Origin: an uncultured Acidobacteriaceae bacterium
Lineage (GTDB): Bacteria; Acidobacteriota; Terriglobia; Terriglobales; Acidobacteriaceae
Assembly (NCBI GenBank): GCA_963715875.1
Contig: OY970281.1
Span: forward strand, 1,135,946 to 1,199,945
Direction: 5' to 3'
Length of the DNA stretch: 64,000 nucleotides
Shown here: piece after piece, positions 26,923-36,757 of the stretch
How positions within the stretch are numbered: the first letter of the stretch is position 1
Layout: each line of letters opens with the position of its first letter
The notes under the pieces: model-generated
Databases searched by the model: none
Told to the model about the DNA's origin: nothing
Seen by the model: the letters and a program-made list of their open reading frames with translations, nothing else
Position numbers and translations under genes: made by a program

Positions 26923-27032
26923 TTCTGTCATCCAGAGCGGAGCCGGGATGACCGAAGGGAGTCCCGGCGCAGTCGAAGGGTCCCTACCCACGCCCTAGTG
27001 CGGGTGCTGTCAGGAAGCTAGAACGAGTTCCG
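26923..27032 (+). repeat. Family A repeat, copy 5 (with 3' extension)
   Basis: TTCTGTCATCCAGAGCGGAGCCGGGATGACCGAAGGGAGTCCCGGCGCAGTCGAAGGGTCCCTACCCACGCCCTAGTGCGGGTGCT...GAACGAGTTCCG. Confidence 0.75.
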
Positions 27033-27135
27033 AAGAGTCTGCTTCTGGAGAGCGCAGCCGAAGGGTTCGCCGAGCGCAGCGAGGCCACCCCTCCTCAACT
27101 CTCACCACCTCTCACTCCTGCTAAAATATCCCTGC

Positions 27136-30100
27136 ATGCTTCTTCCCTTCGTCCGCGAACTCTTCACGGACGTAGAATCGCTTCCCGCCTTCGTGCGTGT
27201 AGCCTCCCACCTTAAGGAGGGCACGGGGCGCATTCGTGTCTCCGGCCTCACCCCCACCGCGAAAGCCTTGCTGCTCGTGCTGTTTCAGCGTACTGCCGCG
27301 CGCCCGCTCATCTTCGTCGTCAACGACAACCGCGCCGCCGAAGACTTCCTTCCCGTCCTGCGCGGCTTCTGCGAACTCACCGGCGCCTGCGATCCGGATT
27401 CAGTCATCTCGCTTCCCGCCCGCGACGTGCTTCCATTCCAGAATCTTTCGCCACATCCTGAGCTTCAGGAAGAACGCGCCACCGCTCTCTGGAAAATTTC
27501 CACCGGCGCAGCTTCCATCGTGATCTCTCCCGTCGCTGCCACCGCCATCCGCCTGCGCTCCAGCGATTATTACGTCAATCTGGCGCGCACCATCCGCCGC
27601 GGAGAGTCCTTCGACCTCGAGTCTCTGCTCGCGCACCTCAATACCGTCGGCTATACTTCCACCGACGTCGTCGAAATGCCCGGCCAGTACGCCGTTCGCG
27701 GTGGCATCCTCGACGTTTACTCCCCCGAAGCCGATCGCCCTCTGCGCATCGAATTCTTCGGAGACGAGGCTGACTCCATCCGCAAATTTGACCCCGCCTC
27801 GCAGCGTTCCTCAAATCCCGTCGATGAAGCTCTGCTGCTGCCGCTCACCGAGACTCCGGTCAACGAACAATTGCTCGCCGCGATTCACACTCGCCTCAGC
27901 GGCAAGCGCATCACGGGCAACGAAGAAATTATCGAAGCCGCAGTTCGCGCCGGAGGCGTCAACGTCTTCCCCGGATGGGAGTTTTACTCTCCCGTCGCCG
28001 GAGCCGACAGCACCGTCTTCGATCTCATTCCGCGCGCCGCGGTCCTGCTCGACGAAACCGACCAACTCCGTCAGGAATTCGACCGCTTCTGGACTCGCGT
28101 CGCCGAAGCCCACGAGCGCAGCGGCGTTGGCAACTTAGTTCGCCCTGAAGATCTCTACCTCCCGCCCGACGCATGGTGGCGGAAAACCGCCACCCTTCCC
28201 GGCGCAGACATCGAACATCTCGGCATCACCCAAAGCCTCGAAGAGAACGCGGTCGAGTTCCTCACCCAGCCCTCGCCCCGCTTCCACGGCGCCGTTCCCG
28301 CCATGCTCGAAGATGTTCAAAAACTCACTCGCGAAGGCAAGCGCGTCCTCCTCGCCGTCCCCAACATCGGAGAAGTCGAGCGCCTCGCCGACGTCTTCAC
28401 CGAATACAATGTCTCGTTCAAACTCGGCAGCCGCACCCGCGGCGGCGAAAGCTACGCCGACGAAACCAGTTACTTTGCCGGAGAAGTCTTCACCACCACG
28501 CTCGCCACTGCTTACGTCCCCGACGGCGTTCTGCTCCCTCAAGCCAATCTCGCCGTTTTCGGCTCTCGCGATCTCTTCGACGAATCCGACACCGTCGCCA
28601 CGCGCCCCCAACGCTCCAAATCCAAAGTCTCCGCCTTCCTCTCCGACTTTCGCGATCTTCAAGTCGGAGACTACGTCGTCCACGTCGAACACGGCATCGG
28701 CCAATATCAGGGACTGAAAGAAATTAATCACGGCGACGGTCCCGCCGAATTCATGCTGCTCGAATTTGCCGAAGCCGCGCGCCTCTACGTCCCGCTCACC
28801 CGCCTCGATCTCGTCCAGAAATACCGCTCCTCCGAAGGTGTCAAGCCAGCGCTGAGTCATCTCGGCACGCAATCCTGGTCGAAGACCAAAGCTCGCGTCC
28901 GCAAGGCCATGAAAGACATGGCCGACGAACTCCTCAAGCTCTACGCCGAGCGCAAAACCGCCGTCGGACACGCCTTCCCCCCGGGCAATGAATGGTTCCG
29001 CGAGTTCGAAGACGCCTTCGAGTTCAACGAAACCGAGGATCAGGCCCACGCCATCAAAGACGTTATTCGCGACATGGAATCTTCCCAGCCCATGGACCGT
29101 CTGCTCTGCGGCGACGTCGGCTACGGCAAGACTGAAGTCGCCATGCGCGCCGCTTTCAAAGCCATCGCCGATAACAAACAGGTCGCCGTGCTCGCCCCCA
29201 CCACCGTCCTCGCCTTCCAGCACTTCGAAACCTTCAAGCAGCGTTTCGCCCCGTTCCCCGTCACCATCGAAATGATCAGCCGCTTCCGCAACGCCAAACA
29301 GCAAAAAGAAATTCTGCAGAAAACCGAAGCCGGCAAAATCGATGTCCTCATCGGCACCCACCGCATCCTCTCCAAAGACATCAAATTTTCCGACCTCGGC
29401 CTCCTCATCGTCGACGAAGAACAGCGCTTCGGCGTCCGCCACAAAGAGCGCATCAAGCAAATGCGCAAGCAGGTGGACGTGCTCACCATGTCGGCCACGC
29501 CCATTCCGCGCACCCTGCACATGTCCCTCGTCGGACTCCGCGACATGAGCGTCATCGAAACTCCGCCCAAAGATCGCATGGCGATTCAAACTGTAGTCGC
29601 CAATTGGGACGAAAAATTAATCCAATCCGCCATCGAACAGGAACTCGAACGCGGCGGCCAGGTCTACTTCGTCCACAACCGCGTCGACACCATCTGGGAA
29701 ATTGCCGCGAAAATCCAGGCGCTCGTTCCCCCCGCGCGCATCATCGTCGGCCACGGACAAATGTCGGAAGGCGAACTCGAAAAAGTGATGCTGAAATTCA
29801 TGCACCACGAAGCCGACATTCTGGTTTCGACCACAATCATCGAGAACGGCCTCGACATCCCGCTCTGCAACACGATTCTCATCAATCGCGCCGACCGCCT
29901 CGGCCTCTCCGAGCTTTACCAGCTTCGCGGACGCGTCGGCCGCTCCAATCGCCGCGCCTACGCCTATCTCATGCTGCCCCCGGAAGTCGAACTCACACCC
30001 ATCGCCCGCCGCCGCCTCGCCGCCCTCAAAGAATTTTCCGATCTCGGCGCCGGATTCAAAATCGCCGCCCTCGATCTCGAACTTCGCGGCGCCGGCAACA

Positions 30101-30675
30101 TGCTCGGTGGCGAGCAGAGCGGACACATCGAAGCCATCGGCTTCGAACTTTACACACAGATGCTGGAACGCGCGGTAAGGGAAATGAAGGGCGAAGCCGC
30201 CCCCGACGAAGCCGAAACCCAGCTCAATCTCGGCCTCAATATTCGCATCCCCGCGGACTACGTCCCCGAAGAAAATCAGCGCCTGCAAATGTACAAACGC
30301 GTAGCCCGCGTTGAAACCGAATCGCAACTCACCGACGTCGCCGCCGAACTGCAAGACCGCTACGGCCCGCCCCCGCCCGCCGTCCGCAACCTGCTCGACT
30401 ACGCCTCCCTCAAGCTTCTATGCATGAAAGTCGGAGTCAACGCCATCGAGCGCAAACGCGACTTCGTAACTCTGAAATTCCAGCAGAACGCGGCGGTTGA
30501 TCCCGAGCAGTTGGCGCGCTTTGTCTCTAGCCAGCGCGGCACGCAGTTCACGCCAGATGGCATGTTGAAATTTGCCTTGAAAGCCACAGCAGCCGAAGAA
30601 GTCCTCCGAGCCCTCCGCACAGTATTGGAGCAACTAGCCACCGCGGAAACCACATCAGAAGTTTCAAGAAACTAA
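27136..30675 (+). CDS. mfd: Transcription-repair coupling factor
   Basis: The 1179-aa protein has helicase motifs LLCGDVGYGKTEVAMRAAF and DEEQRFGV, plus a TRG-like RGRVGRSNRRAYAY. Confidence 0.97.
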   Translation: MLLPFVRELFTDVESLPAFVRVASHLKEGTGRIRVSGLTPTAKALLLVLFQRTAARPLIFVVNDNRAAEDFLPVLRGFCELTGACDPDSVISLPARDVLPFQNLSPHPELQEERATALWKISTGAASIVISPVAATAIRLRSSDYYVNLARTIRRGESFDLESLLAHLNTVGYTSTDVVEMPGQYAVRGGILDVYSPEADRPLRIEFFGDEADSIRKFDPASQRSSNPVDEALLLPLTETPVNEQLLAAIHTRLSGKRITGNEEIIEAAVRAGGVNVFPGWEFYSPVAGADSTVFDLIPRAAVLLDETDQLRQEFDRFWTRVAEAHERSGVGNLVRPEDLYLPPDAWWRKTATLPGADIEHLGITQSLEENAVEFLTQPSPRFHGAVPAMLEDVQKLTREGKRVLLAVPNIGEVERLADVFTEYNVSFKLGSRTRGGESYADETSYFAGEVFTTTLATAYVPDGVLLPQANLAVFGSRDLFDESDTVATRPQRSKSKVSAFLSDFRDLQVGDYVVHVEHGIGQYQGLKEINHGDGPAEFMLLEFAEAARLYVPLTRLDLVQKYRSSEGVKPALSHLGTQSWSKTKARVRKAMKDMADELLKLYAERKTAVGHAFPPGNEWFREFEDAFEFNETEDQAHAIKDVIRDMESSQPMDRLLCGDVGYGKTEVAMRAAFKAIADNKQVAVLAPTTVLAFQHFETFKQRFAPFPVTIEMISRFRNAKQQKEILQKTEAGKIDVLIGTHRILSKDIKFSDLGLLIVDEEQRFGVRHKERIKQMRKQVDVLTMSATPIPRTLHMSLVGLRDMSVIETPPKDRMAIQTVVANWDEKLIQSAIEQELERGGQVYFVHNRVDTIWEIAAKIQALVPPARIIVGHGQMSEGELEKVMLKFMHHEADILVSTTIIENGLDIPLCNTILINRADRLGLSELYQLRGRVGRSNRRAYAYLMLPPEVELTPIARRRLAALKEFSDLGAGFKIAALDLELRGAGNMLGGEQSGHIEAIGFELYTQMLERAVREMKGEAAPDEAETQLNLGLNIRIPADYVPEENQRLQMYKRVARVETESQLTDVAAELQDRYGPPPPAVRNLLDYASLKLLCMKVGVNAIERKRDFVTLKFQQNAAVDPEQLARFVSSQRGTQFTPDGMLKFALKATAAEEVLRALRTVLEQLATAETTSEVSRN

Positions 30676-30680
30676 GCCTT

Positions 30681-30718
30681 ACCCTGTGATACCCCGTGTC
30701 CCCCGTGGTAAAGATTTT
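30681..30718 (+). repeat. Family D repeat, copy 2
   Basis: ACCCTGTGATACCCCGTGTCCCCCGTGGTAAAGATTTT. Confidence 0.75.
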
Positions 30719-30743
30719 AGAAGTCCTAAGGTAAAATCGCAGC

Positions 30744-31625
30744 ATGCCCATGAAAGTCCGCAAAGCCGTTTTCCCCGCAGCCGGCCTCGGTACCCGCTTC
30801 CTCCCCGCAACCAAAGCCCAACCCAAAGAAATGCTTCCGCTGGTCGACAAGCCCATCATCCAGTACGGAGTCGAAGAAGCCATGGCCTCCGGCTGCGACC
30901 AGATCCTCATCATCACCGGACGCGGCAAGCAATCCATCGAAGACCACTTCGACGTCAGCTACGAACTCGAACGCATGCTCGAGGATCGCAAGAAGCTTGA
31001 CCTGCTCAAGATCGTCCGCTCCATCTCCGACATGATGCACGTAGCCTACGTCCGCCAGAAAGAAGCGCTCGGCCTTGGACACGCCGTGCTGATGGCCCGC
31101 GAACTCGTCGGCAACGAACCGTTCGCCGTCCTCCTCGCCGATGACGTCATCGACGCCGAGGTCCCGTGTCTCAAGCAGATGGTCGATGTTTTCAATCAGA
31201 CGCAGTGTTCGGTGATCGCCACGCAGGTGGTCGAAGGCAAGATGATTTCTTCCTACGGAGTGCTCGACGTGAAGCCGGCCGACAAAACTCTCGGCGGCCG
31301 CGTCTTCGAAATCAAGAACATGGTGGAGAAACCGAAAGCCGAAGACGCACCCTCCAACCTCGCCATCACCGGCCGCTACATCCTCACTCCCGCTATCTTC
31401 GACTGCCTCGCCAACACCAAGACCGGCGCCGGAGGCGAGCTCCAGCTAACCGACGGCATGCGCCTGCTGCTGAAGAAAGAAAAAATGTACGGCTACGTCT
31501 ACGAAGGAAAGCGCCACGACACGGGCGACAAGCTGGGATTTCTGAAAGCCACAGTAGAATTCGCCCTGAAACGCGAAGACCTGGGCGCCCCCTTCCGCGA
31601 CTATTTGAAGGGACTCAATCTCTAA
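30744..31625 (+). CDS. galU: UTP--glucose-1-phosphate uridylyltransferase
   Basis: [35 protein letters not shown] is diagnostic. Confidence 0.93.
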   Translation: MPMKVRKAVFPAAGLGTRFLPATKAQPKEMLPLVDKPIIQYGVEEAMASGCDQILIITGRGKQSIEDHFDVSYELERMLEDRKKLDLLKIVRSISDMMHVAYVRQKEALGLGHAVLMARELVGNEPFAVLLADDVIDAEVPCLKQMVDVFNQTQCSVIATQVVEGKMISSYGVLDVKPADKTLGGRVFEIKNMVEKPKAEDAPSNLAITGRYILTPAIFDCLANTKTGAGGELQLTDGMRLLLKKEKMYGYVYEGKRHDTGDKLGFLKATVEFALKREDLGAPFRDYLKGLNL

Positions 31626-31630
31626 CCAGA

Positions 31631-31687
31631 TTTGTCATTCTGAGCGCCGGGCGAGCGATAGCGAGCACAAGTCGAAGAATCCCTATC
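31631..31687 (+). repeat. Family A repeat, copy 6
   Basis: TTTGTCATTCTGAGCGCCGGGCGAGCGATAGCGAGCACAAGTCGAAGAATCCCTATC. Confidence 0.65.
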
Positions 31688-31735
31688 ACCCCGCCACCAG
31701 CCGAGCAATTCCGGAAGGCAGCCCGCATTCAAACC

Positions 31736-31845
31736 AGCCATTCCGAGCAGCGACAAAGTGTGTACTCAAAACCCGTCATTCGGAACAGCGACAGCGCGTG
31801 TATCAAAACTTGTCATTCCGAGGAGCGACAGCGACGAGGGACCCG
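31736..31845 (+). repeat. Three tandem ~37-nt units (GTCATTCCGAGGAGCGACAGCG type)
   Basis: The units start at about 31738, 31773 and 31810: CATTCCGAGCAGCGACAAAGTGTGTACTCAAAAC / CCGTCATTCGGAACAGCGACAGCGCGTGTATCAAAAC / TTGTCATTCCGAGGAGCGACAGCGACGAGGGACCC. Confidence 0.65.
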
Positions 31846-31887
31846 CTTTCCCCTCCCACAGTCGAGCATCCTGCATGACCCGGGTCG

Positions 31888-32385
31888 TCACGCCCCTCTC
31901 AACTTCTTCGACTTCTCCTCGACCCCCCGCGCCAATTTCTCCTTATGCCCCACCAGCTTCTTAGCCACCCCAGCGTCCCCCAGCCCAATCATCTGCGCCG
32001 CCAGAATCCCCGCGTTGGTCGCCCCCGGCTTTCCAATCGCCACCGTCGCCACCGGAATCCCCGCCGGCATCTGCACCGTAGCCAGCAGGGAATCGAGCCC
32101 GTTCAGCGACGTCGCAGGAATCGGCACCCCAATCACCGGCAGCGTAGTGTGCGCCGCGATCACGCCCGCCAGATGCGCCGCCCCGCCTGCTCCCGCAATA
32201 ATCACCTGAATCCCGCGCCCCGCAGCCTTCCGCGCATAATCCGCCGTCCGGTCCGGAGACCGGTGCGCCGAAGTCACATCGATTTCATAAGCGATGCCGA
32301 ATTCGTCCAAAGCCTTCCCCGCCTCCCGCATAATCTCCAAATCCGAATCACTCCCCATCACAATCGAAACCAATATTTTGCTCAT
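31888..32385 (-). CDS. purE: 5-(carboxyamino)imidazole ribonucleotide mutase
   Basis: [11 protein letters not shown]...SAHRSPD...[14 protein letters not shown] is diagnostic. Confidence 0.95.
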   Translation of the reverse strand: MSKILVSIVMGSDSDLEIMREAGKALDEFGIAYEIDVTSAHRSPDRTADYARKAAGRGIQVIIAGAGGAAHLAGVIAAHTTLPVIGVPIPATSLNGLDSLLATVQMPAGIPVATVAIGKPGATNAGILAAQMIGLGDAGVAKKLVGHKEKLARGVEEKSKKLRGA

Positions 32386-32458
32386 CCCTCTCCCCTTTTT
32401 ATTCCCGAATCCTGTTGCCGATATTTTTCATTCTGTCAGCCAGTGAGTGCATATTTTC

Positions 32459-32526
32459 CTTCTGTCATCCTGAGCGGAGTGAATGCGAGCGTAGCGAAGC
32501 ACTCACGCAGTCGAAGGATCCCTATC
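32459..32526 (+). repeat. Family A repeat, copy 7 (GTGAATGC/GCACTCAC hairpin type; partial duplicate at about 32426-32455)
   Basis: CTTCTGTCATCCTGAGCGGAGTGAATGCGAGCGTAGCGAAGCACTCACGCAGTCGAAGGATCCCTATC. Confidence 0.8.
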
Positions 32527-32594
32527 AGCGAGAACAAGCCGATCCGATATCGTCAGCACTCGCAACTCGGTACCTGCAACTCGCAGCTCGCAAC

Positions 32595-33866
32595 TCACTT
32601 CCCCAGCGCCCTCGCCGCAATATCCCTCCGGTAATGCGCCCCCTCAAACCGGATCTTCCCACAAGCCTCATAAGCCCGTTCCACCGCCGTCTCCAGCGAA
32701 CCCGCCCGCGCCGTCACGCCCAGCACCCGCCCGCCCGCCGTATAAAATTCCCCATCCCGCTTCGAAGTTCCCGCATGAAACACCTTCACTCCCTCAACTC
32801 CACCCGCCTCGCTCAATCCCGAAATCTTTTTCCCCACCTCATACGTCCCCGGATATCCCCCCGAAGCCATCACCACGCACACCGATGCATCCCGCGACCA
32901 CTCCAATTCCTCTTCACTCACGCGTCCCTCGATCGACGCCTCCAGCGCATCCACCAGATCGCTCTCCAGCCGCATCAGAATCGGCTGTGTCTCCGGATCG
33001 CCAAACCGGCAATTAAACTCCAGAACCATCGGACCGCGCGCCGTCATCATCAGCCCGCAATACAGCACGCCCTTAAACTCCGCGCCCTCCGCCTTCATCC
33101 CCGCGACCACCGGCTGCGCAATGTGATGCACCAGCCAGTCCCGCATCTCGTCATCGACAATGTCAGCCGTCGAGTAAGCCCCCATCCCTCCCGTGTTCGG
33201 ACCGCTATCGCCATCTCCCACGCGCTTGTGATCCTGTGCCGCCACCAGCGGTGCCACCCGCTCGCCATCGCTCAACACCAGAAACGATAGCTCATCCCCC
33301 TTCAAGAATTCTTCCAGCACCACCCGCGCGCCCGCCGCCCCCACCATCTTCCCGCTCAACATATCCGCGGCCACGCTGGCCGCTTCTTCTTTAGTCGCCG
33401 CGATCACCACTCCTTTGCCCGCCGCCAATCCATCCGCCTTGACTACCACCGGCAGATGAAAGTGCCCCAGCGCCGTCCGCACTTCCTCCACCGAATCGCA
33501 GATCGCATAAGCCGCCGTCGGAATCCTATGCCGCTGCAGAAATTCCTTCGCGAAGCTCTTGCTCGATTCCAGTTGCGCCCCCGCCTTCGTCGGACCGAAC
33601 GTCGCCCATCCCCGCCTCGTGAATTCCTCCACCACTCCCAGCGTAAGCGGCAACTCCGGCCCCACCACCGTGAGCTCAGGACGCAACTTCTCCGCCAGCG
33701 CCACCATCGACTCCATGCTCTTCAAATCGACCGCCAAACACTCCGCGTCATCCGCAATTCCGCCATTGCCCGGCGCGCAGTAAAGCTCCGACACGCGCTT
33801 CGACTGCCGCAGCTTCCACACCAGCGCGTGCTCCCGTCCTCCGCTTCCCAAAACCAGTACTTTCAT
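32595..33866 (-). CDS. purD: Phosphoribosylamine--glycine ligase
   Basis: MKVLVLGSGGREHALVWKL and an ATP-grasp core are present. ATG 33866 is preferred over the TTG at 33881. Confidence 0.96.
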   Translation of the reverse strand: MKVLVLGSGGREHALVWKLRQSKRVSELYCAPGNGGIADDAECLAVDLKSMESMVALAEKLRPELTVVGPELPLTLGVVEEFTRRGWATFGPTKAGAQLESSKSFAKEFLQRHRIPTAAYAICDSVEEVRTALGHFHLPVVVKADGLAAGKGVVIAATKEEAASVAADMLSGKMVGAAGARVVLEEFLKGDELSFLVLSDGERVAPLVAAQDHKRVGDGDSGPNTGGMGAYSTADIVDDEMRDWLVHHIAQPVVAGMKAEGAEFKGVLYCGLMMTARGPMVLEFNCRFGDPETQPILMRLESDLVDALEASIEGRVSEEELEWSRDASVCVVMASGGYPGTYEVGKKISGLSEAGGVEGVKVFHAGTSKRDGEFYTAGGRVLGVTARAGSLETAVERAYEACGKIRFEGAHYRRDIAARALGK

Positions 33867-33923
33867 AAATGAGAAACTCAAGGTTAGGGGAGAGGAGGAA
33901 AGCTGTCAAACGCACAAGGGAAA

Positions 33924-34003
33924 GTCAGAAGTCAGAATTCAAAATGCAGAAGTAAAATCCATGTTCCCGGTCCAAGATTATTACTTCTGCATTCTTACTT
34001 CTG
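33924..34003. repeat. Family E long hairpin in the purD / mntR divergent promoter region
   Basis: The left arm is GTCAGAAGTCAGAATTCAAAATGCAGAAGTAA and the right arm is TTACTTCTGCATTCTTACTTCTG. Thirty nt of the left arm are identical to the reverse complement of 21118-21147. Confidence 0.75.
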
Positions 34004-34006
34004 TCC

Positions 34007-34033
34007 TACCCTGTGTCCCCCTGTGGTTAAAGG
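34007..34033 (+). repeat. Family D repeat, copy 3
   Basis: TACCCTGTGTCCCCCTGTGGTTAAAGG. Confidence 0.65.
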
Positions 34034-34047
34034 TCTCGATCTTACCC

Positions 34048-34063
34048 ATTAACTACGCTTAAC
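34048..34063. promoter_or_regulatory. Degenerate MntR-box upstream of mntR (possible autoregulation)
   Basis: ATTAACTACGCTTAAC matches the core GTTAACTATAGTTAAC at 12 of 16 positions. It ends 6 nt before a perfect TATAAT (34070-75). Confidence 0.35.
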
Positions 34064-34084
34064 CCATCGTATAATCATCCCCAG

Positions 34085-34756
34085 ATGATCACCGTCTCTA
34101 AAGAGGACTATCTAAAAGCCATCCTCGAAGCCGAGAGCGAAGGCGAAGCCGTCATCTCCGCGCGCCTCGCCGAGTGGCTCAAAGTCTCCGCCCCCGCCGT
34201 CACCATGGCCGTGCGCCGCCTCAAAAAGGACGGCCTCGTCCGCGTTCCCGCCGACGGCCACGTCCGCCTCACCGCCGCCGGACGCAAGATCGCCCGCAAA
34301 CTCACCCTCCGCCACCACCTCATCGAACGTATGCTGTCGGAACTTTTCGGCATGGAATGGTGGAAGGTTCACGACGAAGCCGAGCGCCTCGAGCACGCCG
34401 TCTCCCCCGACTTCGAAGCCAAACTCCTGGCTAAACTCGGCAAGCGTGGCGCCTGCCCTCACGGCAATCTCAGCGAGATGGAAAGCCCCGCCAGCCGCCG
34501 CCATCGCGGACTCCTTCGCCTCGCCGACGCCTCTCCCGGCTCCGCCTACGCCGTCAGCGGCATCTACGAACGCGACCGCCGTCTCCTCGAATTCCTCGAA
34601 GCCCGCGGCATCCGTCCCGCCGCCAGACTCCGCCTCCTAGAGCGCAATTACGACCAGACTCTCACTCTATCCACCACCGCCGGCAGCGTCTCCCTCGGCC
34701 GCTCCGCCGCCGAACGCGTCTGGGTCTCCCCCGCCGACCCCCGCCCCGCCCGCTAA
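34085..34756 (+). CDS. mntR: DtxR/MntR-family metal-dependent transcriptional regulator with FeoA/SH3-like C-terminal domain
   Basis: KEDYLKAILEAESEGEAVISARLAEWLKVSAPAVTMAVRRLKKDGLV...RHHLIERML...HDEAERLEH is diagnostic. Confidence 0.88.
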   Translation: MITVSKEDYLKAILEAESEGEAVISARLAEWLKVSAPAVTMAVRRLKKDGLVRVPADGHVRLTAAGRKIARKLTLRHHLIERMLSELFGMEWWKVHDEAERLEHAVSPDFEAKLLAKLGKRGACPHGNLSEMESPASRRHRGLLRLADASPGSAYAVSGIYERDRRLLEFLEARGIRPAARLRLLERNYDQTLTLSTTAGSVSLGRSAAERVWVSPADPRPAR

Positions 34757-34787
34757 CCGCCAATTTCATGCCTCCGCCATCCATGCC

Positions 34788-34850
34788 TCTGTCATCCTGA
34801 GCGAAGTGAGTGCGAGCGAAGCGGAGCACTCACGCAGTCGAAGGATCCCT
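34788..34850 (+). repeat. Family A repeat, copy 8 (perfect GTGAGTGC/GCACTCAC hairpin)
   Basis: CTCTGTCATCCTGAGCGAAGTGAGTGCGAGCGAAGCGGAGCACTCACGCAGTCGAAGGATCCCT. Confidence 0.8.
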
Positions 34851-34898
34851 TTGCGCTTCACAGCCCACAGAGCACTAGAGATTTTGACTTTGACTCCC

Positions 34899-34960
34899 AC
34901 TGTGACCTCTGTGTCCCCTGTGTTAAAGACTTTGACTTTGATCCTTCTGTGTTAAAGAAT
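34899..34960 (+). repeat. Family D repeat, copy 4 (with GACTTTGACTTTG words)
   Basis: ACTGTGACCTCTGTGTCCCCTGTGTTAAAGACTTTGACTTTGATCCTTCTGTGTTAAAGAATC. Confidence 0.7.
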
Positions 34961-34975
34961 CTAGCCCCTCCCCAA

Positions 34976-34993
34976 AGTTAACCATAGTTTATC
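34976..34993. promoter_or_regulatory. Predicted MntR operator upstream of mntH
   Basis: AGTTAACCATAGTTTATC matches the porin palindrome at 14 of 18 positions. It ends 8 nt before a TATACT -10 candidate (35002-07). Confidence 0.5.
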
Positions 34994-35023
34994 CCATCAT
35001 GTATACTATCGCTAACCCGACCG

Positions 35024-36382
35024 ATGAAGCCTCTGAGCACCGAAGAAGTCATCATCACCCACGAAGACGTCGACCGCGCCCATGACCGCGTCCGCGTCTC
35101 CGACGCCCGCGCCCACCGCGGCTTCTCCTCCAACGCCCGTCTTTTCTGGCTCCTCTTCGGTCCCGGCGTCCTAGTCATGCTCGGAGAGAACGACGGTCCC
35201 AGCATGCTCTCCTACGCCGCCACCGGAGCTAAATTCGGCGTCGGCTTCTTCATCCCCTTCGTCGCCCTCACCTTCTGCATGGCCATCGTCGTCCAGGAAA
35301 TGACCGTCCGCCTCGGCGCTGCCACCCATCGCGGCCATGCCGAACTCATCTTCGAGCGCTTCGGCCCCTTCTGGGGATGGTTTTCCATGATCGACCTCGG
35401 CATCGGCAATTTCCTCACCCTGATCACCGAGTTCATAGCCGTCCGCGCCGGCCTCGGTTTCTTCGGAGTCCCTCCCTGGATCGCCGTCCTCATCGCCCTC
35501 GTCATCCTCTACGCCGCCCTCATGAGCCACCGCTACTGGACATGGGAGCGCATCACCCTCGCCGCCGCCGCCTTCAATCTCGTCTTCATCCCAGTAGCGC
35601 TCATGACCCATCCCCACTGGCATGAAGTCACTCACGCCTTCATCACCTGGCAACCGCTCCCCGGCTTCAACAAGGACACGCTCTTGATCGTCCTCGCTGA
35701 CATCGGCGCCACCGTCACCCCATGGATGCTCTTCTTCCAGCAGAGCGCCACGGTCAACAAGGGCATGACCACCAAAGATATTCGCTTCGGCCGCGCCGAC
35801 ACCGTCCTCGGCGCCGCTCTCGCCACCGCTGCCGCCATCGCCACCATCCTCTGCACCGCGCCGCTCTTCGCTCATCAAATGTCCGCCGGAAATTTCGAAG
35901 CCGCCCAATTCGCCCAGGCCCTCGAACCCATCATCGGACACATCGGCGCATCTCTCTTCGCTCTCGGCATGGTCGAAGCCGGCATCGTCGCCGCCATCAC
36001 CATCTCCACTTCCTCCGCCTACGCCTTCGGAGAAGTGACCCACCGTCCCCACAGCCTCAATCTCCCCATGGGCGAAGGCAAATCGTTTTACGCCGTGCTC
36101 ACGCTCTGCGCTCTTGCCGCCGCCGTCATTGTTCTCATCCCCGGCCTTCCGCTCGTCTACGTCGTCCTCATCGTCAACGTGGTCGCAGTCCTCGCCATGC
36201 CGCCAGCCTTGGTCTTTCTCTTCATGTTGGTCAACGACAAAGAAATAATGGGAGACCTCGTCAGCCCCCTCTGGGCCAACATTCTCTCCAGCGGCGTGGT
36301 CCTGGTCCTCACCGCCGCCGGAATCCTCTTCGGCATCAGCATCCTGGCCCCCAACCTCTTCGCCACATTAGGAGGAAAATAG
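35024..36382 (+). CDS. mntH: NRAMP-family divalent metal (Mn2+) transporter
   Basis: GPGVLVMLGENDGPSM (DPGN-like region) and about 11 hydrophobic segments are present. Confidence 0.92.
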   Translation: MKPLSTEEVIITHEDVDRAHDRVRVSDARAHRGFSSNARLFWLLFGPGVLVMLGENDGPSMLSYAATGAKFGVGFFIPFVALTFCMAIVVQEMTVRLGAATHRGHAELIFERFGPFWGWFSMIDLGIGNFLTLITEFIAVRAGLGFFGVPPWIAVLIALVILYAALMSHRYWTWERITLAAAAFNLVFIPVALMTHPHWHEVTHAFITWQPLPGFNKDTLLIVLADIGATVTPWMLFFQQSATVNKGMTTKDIRFGRADTVLGAALATAAAIATILCTAPLFAHQMSAGNFEAAQFAQALEPIIGHIGASLFALGMVEAGIVAAITISTSSAYAFGEVTHRPHSLNLPMGEGKSFYAVLTLCALAAAVIVLIPGLPLVYVVLIVNVVAVLAMPPALVFLFMLVNDKEIMGDLVSPLWANILSSGVVLVLTAAGILFGISILAPNLFATLGGK

Positions 36383-36504
36383 TGCGCACAATCCATCGCA
36401 AATCCGCGCTCGCACAAGATTCGTATTCGAAGGGATTGCGTATTTACGGGATTGGCATCGACGCGACCCGCTTCAAGGGATTCATACCGACCAGATTCGT
36501 ATCA

Positions 36505-36525
36505 GGGCACGACTTCAGTCGTGCC
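36505..36525. repeat. Family F hairpin (GGGCACGAC-loop-GTCGTGCC), copy 1
   Basis: GGGCACGACTTCAGTCGTGCC. Confidence 0.6.
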
Positions 36526-36610
36526 GACGAGGCGCTTTACAGAATGGACTCTAGAGACCGCGTGAGAACTAACTTTCGCCAACTCCAGTGAAATTGTGCC
36601 CGCGAGTTTT

Positions 36611-36700
36611 AGCCGCGAAGCGGCGCCAGAATGCAGCCCCCGGCGCAAGCCCTGGGTGAATAGTAGGAGGATAAAACAAGCCCCGAGGGGGCGAAAGAGC
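36611..36700 (+). repeat. Family B repeat, copy 2 (divergent)
   Basis: AGCCGCGAAGCGGCGCCAGAATGCAGCCCCCGGCGCAAGCCCTGGGTG...AGCCCCGAGGGGGCGAAAGAGC. The middle stem is changed on both sides (CCCCCGGC/GCCCTGGG). Confidence 0.7.
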
Positions 36701-36757
36701 AGTTCTACAACTCTTTAGCCCCTGTGGCCTGCGCCCTAAAACGAAGAGACGAACATC

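Noticed and set aside
28135-29589. 484-aa minus-strand ORF inside mfd (also 29617..30354 and 35171..36052 inside mntH)
   Set aside because: These are shadow ORFs of unambiguous housekeeping genes. They stay open only because TTA/CTA/TCA codons are rare in the sense frame.
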